DNA from: an uncultured Gammaproteobacteria bacterium
GTDB lineage: Bacteria; Patescibacteriota; Microgenomatia; Daviesbacterales; UBA10151
Direction: 5' to 3'
Length of the DNA: 64,000 bases
NCBI GenBank assembly: GCA_964523905.1
Contig: CAZFYQ010000001.1
Coordinates: forward strand, 40,718 to 104,717
Part shown: positions 10,309 through 19,600 of the stretch, piece after piece
Numbering within the stretch: the stretch's first letter is position 1
How the letters are laid out: each line of letters begins with the position of its first letter
Notes under the pieces: generated by a model
What the model was told of the DNA's origin: nothing
The model's database searches: none
The model's input: only the letters and a program-made list of their open reading frames with translations
Program-made: the position numbers and the translations under genes

Positions 10309-11899
10309 ACTAAAAAAAATACATTACAAATTTCCATTGTATATTTTCTTTTTTCCCTGGTATTCAATACTTTTTTTATATAACAATAACTTTGTTAAAT
10401 TGCCGCTTAAGGTTGTTATTTTGCCGCTTTTGGTGATCACCATAATCTGTCTAGTATTCTGGTTGATTTTAAACTTATTTTTTAAAGGGTCAATTAAGGC
10501 AGGAATTGTAGTGGGGTTTTTGCTGTTAATTACTTTTATGTATGGGCCGCTGCATCAATTTGCCTATTTTGACGCTTTTAATATTGGGCCTGTTCCGATT
10601 GACTGGAGCTGGTTTTATACGATTCTCTCAGCACTTATAATGATTGGTTTAGTGCTTTTTTTAATCAGAGCCAAAAGAGAATTAGTACGTCTTAACAAAA
10701 TTTTAAACGTTGGAGGAGTGATCTTAATGATTTTGGTGCTGGTGCCATTAATTTACAATTACTCAAAAATTCATCTTAATTTTAACCAAAATTCATCTGA
10801 TCAAAGCGGAGACTCTGAAACAGTTTCCGGAACTAATGTTATAGATAAACCGGATATTTATTACATTATTCCTGATGATTACGGTGCTCCGCAAACAATG
10901 AAGGAAGATTATCAGTATGATGCCAGCAGTTTTACAAAATACTTAACTGATAAAGGTTTTTATATCGCAGATCAAAGTAAAACTAATTATCCCTATTCGA
11001 CTTTTATGATTGCCAGTGCTTTAAGTATGAATTATTTAAACACTCAGACCCAGCCAAAAATTAAAAATCAGCCGGGAGGAACAGTAATCAACAATATTAT
11101 CAATAATTCTAAAGCAGTGCATTTTCTTAAATCACAAGGATATAGTTTTTTTAATGTCGGTAGTTGGTATGATCCTTTAAGAAATAATGATTCAGCGGAT
11201 ATTAATTTTGTATATGATAATAAATTAAGACTGGATGAATTTTCCAATACCTTACTGCATAACACAATTTTTTATCCTTTAGTGCTTCGCTACTTTGGTT
11301 TATCCGGTCGGCCCAACCAAATTGCCAACATTAATTATCAATTTCAAGCTTTACAACAAATGCCCAGTCAAATCAGTCCAAAATTTGTATTTATTGACTT
11401 GTTAGCCCCGCATACTCCATGGATCTTTAACGAAAACTGTGACGTGGTGTATCATTTACAAAAAGATCCAGCGATTGTTAAATTCCTTCCAGAAGTTAAC
11501 TGTGTTAACAAAAGATTAATGACTGCCATAGATGCTATATTAAAAAATTCCAAAACCCCACCAATCATTATCTTGCAAACTGACGAGGGGGCCAAAGATG
11601 GTAATAATCAGGCTATTAAATATCCTAATAAAACTGGAGTAGTAGGTGGATTTAAAGGTTCATCAATAGATACCAATCTGGAAAGAGTAAGGATATTAAA
11701 TGCCTTTTATTTGCCCGGAAGCAGTAAGAATTTATTATATCCGGATATAACACCGGTTAATACATTCAGAGTAATTTTTAATGAATATTTTAATGCTAAT
11801 TTACCACTATTGCCGGATAAAGTTTATACGTTTGATGATTATGATTTGCTTTATAGATTTATATTTAATGATATTACTGACCAAGTTAAAGGTAAATAA
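10301..11899 (+). CDS. Membrane sulfatase-like/LTA-synthase-superfamily transferase
   Basis: Five N-terminal TMs; PDIYYIIPDDY, TNYPYS, APHTPW, IIILQTDEG. Confidence 0.78.
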   Translation: MSKLKKIHYKFPLYIFFFPWYSILFLYNNNFVKLPLKVVILPLLVITIICLVFWLILNLFFKGSIKAGIVVGFLLLITFMYGPLHQFAYFDAFNIGPVPIDWSWFYTILSALIMIGLVLFLIRAKRELVRLNKILNVGGVILMILVLVPLIYNYSKIHLNFNQNSSDQSGDSETVSGTNVIDKPDIYYIIPDDYGAPQTMKEDYQYDASSFTKYLTDKGFYIADQSKTNYPYSTFMIASALSMNYLNTQTQPKIKNQPGGTVINNIINNSKAVHFLKSQGYSFFNVGSWYDPLRNNDSADINFVYDNKLRLDEFSNTLLHNTIFYPLVLRYFGLSGRPNQIANINYQFQALQQMPSQISPKFVFIDLLAPHTPWIFNENCDVVYHLQKDPAIVKFLPEVNCVNKRLMTAIDAILKNSKTPPIIILQTDEGAKDGNNQAIKYPNKTGVVGGFKGSSIDTNLERVRILNAFYLPGSSKNLLYPDITPVNTFRVIFNEYFNANLPLLPDKVYTFDDYDLLYRFIFNDITDQVKGK

Positions 11900-11904
11900 C
11901 CTCT

Positions 11905-11937
11905 TTAAGGTTTTTCTCAGCTAATTTGCAGTATAAT
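11905..11937 (+). promoter_or_regulatory. Direct repeat TTAAG-N6-CTCAG plus TATAAT upstream of response regulator (candidate autoregulation)
   Basis: Third copy; TATAAT at 11932-11937, ATG at 11944. Confidence 0.6.
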
Positions 11938-11943
11938 TTAGGC

Positions 11944-12621
11944 ATGAGAATACTGGTAGTTGAGGATGAACATAAAATTGCCAACTCAATTAAAAAAGGT
12001 TTAGAACAAGAGACCTATGCAGTGGATGTGGCTTTTACCGGTCAAGACGGATATGACATGTCTGCTAGTGAAGAATATGACTTGATAATTTTAGATGTTT
12101 TACTTCCCGGGATGAGTGGAATTGAAATCTGTCAGAAGCTTAGGCAGGAACAAAACCACACTCCGGTACTAATGTTGACTGCCAAAGGTCAAATAGAAGA
12201 TAAGGTTAGCGGTTTGGATGCCGGTGCAGATGATTATTTAACTAAACCATTTGCTTTTGAAGAATTGTTAGCCAGAATAAGAGCTCTAACCAGGCGTCCC
12301 AAAAATAGTATTGGAACCGTATTAAACTGCGAAGATTTAAGTTTAAATACCACCACCTATGAGGCCACCAGGGATGGGAAAATTATCAGTCTAACCAGCA
12401 AGGAATATGCCTTATTAGAATATTTACTGCGCCACAAAAACCAAGTCTTAACTCGGGATCAGATCATTAATCACATTTGGGATTATGATGCTGACGTGTT
12501 GCCTAATACGGTGGAAGTGTATATTGGTTATTTGCGAAATAAGGTTGACCAGCAATTTCCTGATAAAAAACCTTTAATCAAAACCGTGAGGGGGTTTGGT
12601 TATAAAATTAGTGGAGATTGA
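11944..12621 (+). CDS. OmpR/PhoB-family response regulator
   Basis: MRILVVEDE, LIILDVLLP, GADDYLTKPF, winged helix IKTVRGFGY. Confidence 0.95.
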   Translation: MRILVVEDEHKIANSIKKGLEQETYAVDVAFTGQDGYDMSASEEYDLIILDVLLPGMSGIEICQKLRQEQNHTPVLMLTAKGQIEDKVSGLDAGADDYLTKPFAFEELLARIRALTRRPKNSIGTVLNCEDLSLNTTTYEATRDGKIISLTSKEYALLEYLLRHKNQVLTRDQIINHIWDYDADVLPNTVEVYIGYLRNKVDQQFPDKKPLIKTVRGFGYKISGD

Positions 12622-12666
12622 CAACCTTGCCTTTTTGACTTTGTCAAAAACTTAAAATTGATATTT

Positions 12667-13653
12667 ATGTTTACCAAAGCGCGACTTAAATTAACTGCCT
12701 GGTATTTATTAATCATCATGTTGGTTAGTGTGGCTTTTAGCGTGGCAATTTATCAGGTGCTAAGTAGTGAACTAAGTAGAGTTGAAAGAATCCAGCGATT
12801 AAGACAGTTGGAAAGAAGATTTCAGCCAGCCATTGATCCGGAGGTAATGGAGGAAGAAAAAAATAGATTAAAGGTTATCTTGATCTTAATTAACCTGGGA
12901 GTTTTAAGTATTGCCGGTATTGCCGGGTATTTTCTGGCCGGTAGGACTCTTCAGCCGATTAAGCAAATGGTTGAGGAACAAAATCGCTTTATTACCGATG
13001 CCTCTCATGAACTGCGTACCCCAATAACTACGATGAAGACAGAAATAGAGGTTAATCTAAGGGATAAAAAAATCAGCAAGGAGTCAAAAAAACTACTACA
13101 GTCTAATCTGGAGGAAGTTAATCATTTGCAATTATTATCGGACAATTTGATCAGACTGACGCAGTATCAAAAAAGCAATCACAATATTAATTTTGATGAT
13201 GTTTCAATTAAAGAAATTACCAGTGAAGCTATTAAAAAAGTTGCTACTTTGGCTAAACATAAACATATCAAAATCCAAAAATCGGTCAAAGAAGTGGTAT
13301 TTAAAGGAGATAGACAGAGTTTGATCGAAATGCTGGTAATTTTTTTAGACAATGCCATTAAATATACTAAGAAAAATACCACTGTTAGTTTAATTGCTAA
13401 AGCGGTTGATGGTGATTTACTAATTACCATAGGAGACCAGGGGATTGGTATTGAAAGTAGAGACCTGCCTTTTTTGTTTGACCGCTTTTACCGGGTGGAT
13501 AAATCCCGTACGAAATCTGATGTGGAAGGATTTGGCTTGGGTTTATCAATTGCCAAACAAATAATTGAAAAACATGGAGGAAGAATTAATGTAGAAAGCA
13601 CCTTAAATAAAGGTACTACGTTTACCGTCATCTTACCGGTTAAAAACTTCTAA
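12667..13653 (+). CDS. Sensor histidine kinase
   Basis: Two TMs, DASHELRTP, DNAIKY, DQGIGI, GFGLGLSI. Confidence 0.93.
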   Translation: MFTKARLKLTAWYLLIIMLVSVAFSVAIYQVLSSELSRVERIQRLRQLERRFQPAIDPEVMEEEKNRLKVILILINLGVLSIAGIAGYFLAGRTLQPIKQMVEEQNRFITDASHELRTPITTMKTEIEVNLRDKKISKESKKLLQSNLEEVNHLQLLSDNLIRLTQYQKSNHNINFDDVSIKEITSEAIKKVATLAKHKHIKIQKSVKEVVFKGDRQSLIEMLVIFLDNAIKYTKKNTTVSLIAKAVDGDLLITIGDQGIGIESRDLPFLFDRFYRVDKSRTKSDVEGFGLGLSIAKQIIEKHGGRINVESTLNKGTTFTVILPVKNF

Positions 13654-13674
13654 GATTTTTTGGTAAGATAAAAG

Positions 13675-14172
13675 ATGCATATGAAAAAAATTCTGCTATC
13701 GATAACAGTTATTTTTAGTTTTCTATTTTATTCCTGGCACCAACGCACAGAAAGTTCTGATGAAGGCGTAGTTGTGGCTCCACCCCCTTCGGTAACTAGT
13801 ACACCACAGCCAACTAGTGCGCCGGTTTCCAATGGTCCTTTAGTTACCAATACTCCGCCCACATCAACTACAGCTCCAGCAAAAGGGCAATACAGGGACG
13901 GTCAATACACCGGCTCAGTGGAAGATGCTTTTTATGGACCATATCAAGTGAAAGCCATTGTTAGCGGTGGAAAAATTACCGATATCCATTTTTTACAAAC
14001 ACCCAATGATCGTCAGACTTCAATAGAGATTAATTCACAGGCCTCACCTTTGTTAAAACAAGAAGCCATACAAGTTCAAAGCGCCCAGGTGGATATTATT
14101 TCCGGGGCTACTCAGTCCAGCGAAGGTTTCCAAAGGTCGTTACAATCAGCTTTAAATCAGGCCAAAACTTAA
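13675..14172 (+). CDS. Extracytosolic FMN-binding protein
   Basis: TM, P/T linker, YRDGQYTGS, flavinylation motif DIISGATQSS. Confidence 0.88.
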   Translation: MHMKKILLSITVIFSFLFYSWHQRTESSDEGVVVAPPPSVTSTPQPTSAPVSNGPLVTNTPPTSTTAPAKGQYRDGQYTGSVEDAFYGPYQVKAIVSGGKITDIHFLQTPNDRQTSIEINSQASPLLKQEAIQVQSAQVDIISGATQSSEGFQRSLQSALNQAKT

Positions 14173-14176
14173 ACCT

Positions 14177-14905
14177 ATGAAACAAACTAAAATTTTAATG
14201 GGCATGCCAATTATTGTAGAGGTGGTTGATAAGCAAGTTAAAAAAGCTGATCTTAATGCGATATATGATTATTTTAAACTGGTTGATGAAAAATTCAGTA
14301 CTTATAAAAGTAGTAGTGAAATTAGCAAGATTAATGATTTAAGATTAATGATTAAAGATAGCAGTAGGGAAATGAGAAAGATATTTAAATTAGCCGAGCA
14401 AACGAAACAGCAGACTAATGGCTTTTTTGATATCCAAAGAAATGGCAGTTTTGATCCTTCCGGCATTGTCAAAGGTTGGGCGATTGATCAGGCGGCTAAA
14501 TTAATTAAGCAAAAAGGTTTTAACAATTTTTATATCAATGCTGGTGGAGATATTCAATCATCCGGGAAAAACAAATCCGGTAAAAACTGGACTGTTGGTA
14601 TTCGTAATCCCTTTAAGACAGCAGAGATTATCAAAGTAGTTACCCCAAGAGGCAAAGGAATTGCAACATCCGGGACTTATGAACGTGGCCGGCACATCTG
14701 GTCTAAGCAGCAGATTGAAGATATTGTTAGCCTGACTGTAATCGGGCCTAATATTTATGAGGCAGACCGTTTTGCGACAGCCGCCTTTGCCATGGGAAAA
14801 TCCGGAATTAATTTTATTGAACAGTTAAGTGGTTTTGAAGGATATATGATTGATAAGGCTGGGATGGCCACTTACACCAGTGGATTTGAAAGGTTTGTGG
14901 CATGA
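14177..14905 (+). CDS. apbE: FAD:protein FMN transferase
   Basis: DPSGIVKGWAID, INAGGDI, IATSGTYERG, ADRFATA. Confidence 0.9.
   Translation: MKQTKILMGMPIIVEVVDKQVKKADLNAIYDYFKLVDEKFSTYKSSSEISKINDLRLMIKDSSREMRKIFKLAEQTKQQTNGFFDIQRNGSFDPSGIVKGWAIDQAAKLIKQKGFNNFYINAGGDIQSSGKNKSGKNWTVGIRNPFKTAEIIKVVTPRGKGIATSGTYERGRHIWSKQQIEDIVSLTVIGPNIYEADRFATAAFAMGKSGINFIEQLSGFEGYMIDKAGMATYTSGFERFVA
14327..14361 (+). repeat. Five tandem heptamers A(A/T)GAT(T/A)N inside apbE
   Basis: aagatta atgattt aagatta atgatta aagatag. Confidence 0.7.
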
Positions 14906-16389
14906 ATTTAATTGATGATTTTTTAAATGGCATCACCATGTATCGGCTGCTGTTTTATTTTTTGCTGATACTAGTAGCCTGGGCAGCCGGACTGGCTTTT
15001 TTTGGACTGGTACCATTTAATCCGCTGACTTTACTGGCCTCTGTAACTTTTCTGATGCTGGTGGGCTGGGTTACTAACACGATTTTTGCCAAGACTTTTA
15101 AAGCAGTGACTAATCTTGAATCAATTTATATCACCACTTTGATTTTAAGTTTAATTATTACCCTTAGTTTAGACTTACATCATTTAATTTTTATGTTTTG
15201 GGTGGCGGTGTGGGCCTCTGCCTCTAAATTTATCTTTGCTATTAAAAAGAAAGCTATTTTTAATCCGGCTGCTATTGGAGTTTATTTAACCGGCCTGGGA
15301 ATTGTCGGGTCGGCTTCCTGGTGGGTAGGAACTGCTTGGATGATGCCAGCGGTTTTAATTGGCGGGTTTTTAATCGTTAAAAAGATCAAACGCTTTGAGT
15401 TATTTTTTACTTTCATGGCAGTAGCTTTGGTGACGATTATTGGTTTAACCGCCATTAATGGCAATGTTGACTTATCAATTATTAATAAAATCTTTCTCGA
15501 TTCTCCAATATTATTTTTTGGGATGATTATGTTAACTGAGCCTTTAACTACACCGCCAAACAGAAGCTTACGTTTTGTCTACGGCGCATTGGTAGGGTTC
15601 TTATATGCGCCGCAGTTCCATTTGGGTAGTTTTAATACCACTCCGGAGCTGGCTTTAGTAATAGGGAATATTTTTTCTTATCTGGTTTCTCCCAAAGAGC
15701 GTTTGCTACTGAAATTAAAGCAGAAAATTCAACTTAGTCCGGATACTTTTGATTTCGTGTTCGGACTGGATGCGCCGATTAAATATACTGCCGGACAATT
15801 TATGGAATGGACGCTGAGCCAGAAAAACCCGGATACGCGGGGCTCTCGGCGCTATTTTACTTTGGCCTCAAGTCCAACTGAGGATAGTTTACGCATTGGG
15901 GTGAAGTTTTATCCGAATGGAAGCTCTTGGAAAAAGACTTTAATGGAAATGCCAATTGGTGGAGAACTGGTGGCTGCCCAAGTAGCAGGAGAATTTACTT
16001 TACCAAAAGACCCGATTAAAAAGCTGGTATTTGTAGCAGGGGGTATTGGAGTAACCCCTTATCGCTCGATTATCAAATACTTAATGGATAAAAAGGAGCT
16101 TAGGGATATTGTATTAATTTACTCAGTGAAAGCTGATGTTGATGCAGTCTATATGGATTTATTTAATCAGGCTGCCAGTAGCATCGGTCTTAGAAATATC
16201 GTTAATGTTAGTGATAGGACGGGTATGGTTACAGGGGAAATGATTGCCCGGGATATTCCGGATTTTAAAGAGAGGACTTTTTATTTGTCAGGACCTCATG
16301 GAATGGTGGACGGATTTGAGAAAACTCTGGGAGGTCTTGGAGTTCCTGGCGGACAAATTAAAACTGATTATTTCCCCGGTTATGCTTAG
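14902..16389 (+). CDS. RnfD/NqrB-like membrane domain fused to FNR-type FAD/NAD-binding oxidoreductase
   Basis: IFNPAA, MLTEPLTTP; RRYFTLASSP, AGGIGVTPYRS, YLSGP. Confidence 0.85.
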   Translation: MNLIDDFLNGITMYRLLFYFLLILVAWAAGLAFFGLVPFNPLTLLASVTFLMLVGWVTNTIFAKTFKAVTNLESIYITTLILSLIITLSLDLHHLIFMFWVAVWASASKFIFAIKKKAIFNPAAIGVYLTGLGIVGSASWWVGTAWMMPAVLIGGFLIVKKIKRFELFFTFMAVALVTIIGLTAINGNVDLSIINKIFLDSPILFFGMIMLTEPLTTPPNRSLRFVYGALVGFLYAPQFHLGSFNTTPELALVIGNIFSYLVSPKERLLLKLKQKIQLSPDTFDFVFGLDAPIKYTAGQFMEWTLSQKNPDTRGSRRYFTLASSPTEDSLRIGVKFYPNGSSWKKTLMEMPIGGELVAAQVAGEFTLPKDPIKKLVFVAGGIGVTPYRSIIKYLMDKKELRDIVLIYSVKADVDAVYMDLFNQAASSIGLRNIVNVSDRTGMVTGEMIARDIPDFKERTFYLSGPHGMVDGFEKTLGGLGVPGGQIKTDYFPGYA

Positions 16390-16649
16390 GGCAGGCTATT
16401 CAAAAGATCCTGCGAACTGCCTGGGTTAAATCTAATATGCGCTGTAGTGGCATTAGTAGTACAGTTCACACCTGAGCAGCTGACCGGTTGATTATTTTGA
16501 TCAGTCACCGTAAAAGACTGGGAAACATCGAATTCCGCCTTCGCTTTATGAGTTTGTTGTTGTCTGACCAGAATTACTGCTGCAACTAGTCCTAACAACA
16601 GTACTAAGATTAATCCTAAGGTCAGAATGTTTTTTCTAGTTAACTGCAT
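16386..16649 (-). CDS. Small membrane-anchored surface protein
   Basis: TM ending VRQQQTHKAKA, paired Cys. Confidence 0.7.
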   Translation of the reverse strand: MQLTRKNILTLGLILVLLLGLVAAVILVRQQQTHKAKAEFDVSQSFTVTDQNNQPVSCSGVNCTTNATTAHIRFNPGSSQDLLNSLP

Positions 16650-16668
16650 ATTCTTAACTTATCATATT

Positions 16669-19600
16669 TTAAGGTGAAACTACAAACGGTATGCCAGTCC
16701 GATTATTAGCGGGATTATTATCATTGACTTGGTTATAAAAATCAGCGATGACTGCAAAACAATAATTACCTGCCTCAGTTGGAGTCCAGGAATTAGGGTA
16801 AGAGAAATGTTGGCTAGACCCAGGATTTAGCTGGTTGGTTGCCGGTATAGTAGAGATAAAAGTAGTGAAGCTGACCGTAGTATCACAAATATTACTTGGG
16901 TTGGAAGAACGAATTACTCCCAAGGCGGTAGTGGTTGGATTAAGCGCCACCGTACCTAAATTGGCTGTATCAGCCTCAAAACTGACTGGTTGCCCTACGG
17001 TTGGTGATTGTGGCGACAAGCTTAAATTTTCGGCAGCAATATCAGTAATAATAGAGGGTGCCGGATTAATAATAACCGGAGATGGTTCTGGTGTTGAAGT
17101 AGGAGGTGAATAAGGTCTCTGAAAGATTAAAGACCGGGAAATAGTTTGTTGCTGTCCGTTTTGATCAAGGTAAGTAATAGTCATTAAATATGAGGTATTG
17201 GCATTTAAATCAAGATCAAGACCAGAAGAATTGTTTGGATAAATTTCCTGGTCATTAACAGTGATTCTAAGTAATTGTTTTTGGTGGGTGGTAGGAGTGG
17301 TGAGTGTTGGTGTTGGGGTATTAGCACTTGGTGCGGAACCAGTGCAGACTAAGTTGCCACAAGTTAAAGTAACATTGGCATCACAAGTAGAGGTGATCTG
17401 GTTTTGGTAAGTACAACCATCTGTTGGAGCAGGACATGAAATGCTGCGACAATTGGGATGATTGCGAGACGGTGTCGGGGTCGGTGCGGCTTCTTCAATA
17501 ATTGGCGCGTTGGTTGGTACTATATTTCCACCTAACTGGTATTCGCAGCGCTTAAGAATAGTAGGTGCAGGATCACTGCCAAAAGTACCGTTGCCACAAA
17601 CATAAGTACCTTGGGCAAAGACTTTAGTTATAAATTGCCCATTAGCTCCAAAGCGGACTGTTGCATTACCCGGTATACTACAGTTTTCAAATTCATTACT
17701 ACAGAAAGTCCAACCAGTATCAGTTGGACTGGTAGTGGGGCTAACAGCCGGTCTTTGGAAAACTAAAGAGCGGGTGGCGGTTTGTTGATGGCCCTGGGAA
17801 TCAAGATAAGTGATTTCCATTAAATAGGCACTACTGGAATTTAAATTAAGATCAATTCCATTTGGATTTTGTGGATAAATTTGTTGTCCGTTAACAGTAA
17901 TACTAATTAATTGTTTTTGGTGGGTAGTACTGGTAGGACTGATAGTTGATGGTGCATTATTTTTCCAACTTCTCATTTCTTGGAAAGCTGGTTTAGGTGA
18001 GCCATTAGGGCTCATCAGTCCTAAATAGCAATACCAGCCAAATTCTGAACTGATTTGCTGCTGGTTACAGTTAACATCAGCCAATGAGACATAATTAATA
18101 GCGGCGATTGATTTTCCATTATTTTTTGCCTGATCAACCATTTGCCTTAAACGATTGATATAAGCAGATTGAGCATCAGGAGAGGCTGGGAAACTTTGCC
18201 AGGAAGTGCTAATCCACCCGGTCTCTGAGATGAATAAAGGTAGATTAGAACCGGATGAATCAATAATACTACTTAACAGGTTTGTGGGAATATTGTTAAT
18301 ATCACTGCCATAACTAAATTCCGGATACAAAGAGACTGCTAAGACATCCACTTTGTTATTAAAATCAGCCAGTTCCTGTCTTAAATCAGAATTGGCAGTA
18401 AAACTAACAGCCACTTGGGTATTACTGCTTACTGCTTTAATGGCATCATAGGCTTTGGGGTAAAGGGTATGAGCAAAATAATTATAATCAGTCTGGTTAG
18501 CGTTTTTATAAGTATTAACCTCCAGGCCAATCAGGAGATATTTTGGATGGTAAGTCCGAGCAATATCAACCATTGTATTAATAAAGGAGTTATTATCCGG
18601 ATTAGAATACTGGTTTTGGAAAGTCACAGGAGTGGAGTCACTGCAATGATCAGTTCCATCACTGGATGCCACCTTATTTCTGCTATTACAAAGAGGATCA
18701 AAGGCAATATATGTATCAAGTCCAGCATTTTTTGAATCGTTTACATCGGTGCTAATATCCGGATTATGTAAGTCATTCCAACTTCTTTGAATATAAGCCA
18801 AACTAGCAACATCGTTAGCGCTATTCCAGCCGGTTTGACCTGAAACACTAGTTCCGGGAGAAAAAAACTTGACACCTAATTTGAAGTTTACTGGTTGGGG
18901 ATTTGCTGGAGAAGTAGGATTAGGAGTAGGACTTGCAGCAGGAGTGTGAGAAGCTGAATTTGTTGCTGTATTAACCTGGCAGTTGGCAGTAGCAGTTGTT
19001 CCCCCTGATTTTACAGTCACTGTAGCTTGATAAGTACCGGGAATGGCATAGTCAACTTGAGCAGTTTTACCGTCAAGCCCGGAATAATAATGACTGGCAG
19101 GATCGCCGCTCCAGGAGTAATCATAGGTACCATTACCGGCAGTAGCATTGGCAGTCCAGATAACTGTATCAGCAGGAGTACCAAGTGGTCCAGGTTTGGG
19201 ATAGGCAGCAGAGCAAGTCACTTGAACTGGAGTCGTGCAAGCTGGAGTGACAAGTACGTGACTGGTGCCGTCAAATGATCCGGCAGGATTACCAGCCGAC
19301 ATAATATATTGATAACTGGTGCCGGAAACTAGATCCGGTGCTGCTCCGTCAAAACCGGAAAAATCAGCCGGATCGTTTTTGATAATACCGCTGGCAGCAT
19401 TATCAGTTGGCGGAATATTAGCGTAAGCATAATTATGGTCTACCCAGATACTGTCGTGATAACCATCAGGATTTTGTATAAAGCTATATGGTGACAGAGT
19501 TCTGACAATATAGACCGCGTCTCCTGAGGAAGGCCTTAAATTTAAACTAACTTTAGGAGTAGTGCCATCACAACTGACATCAACTGATACAGGAAACCCT

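Noticed and set aside
13639-13669. Fourth copy of the response-regulator direct repeat before the FMN-binding gene
   Set aside because: Only one good half-site (CTAAG); period and -10 spacing are off by one to two bases
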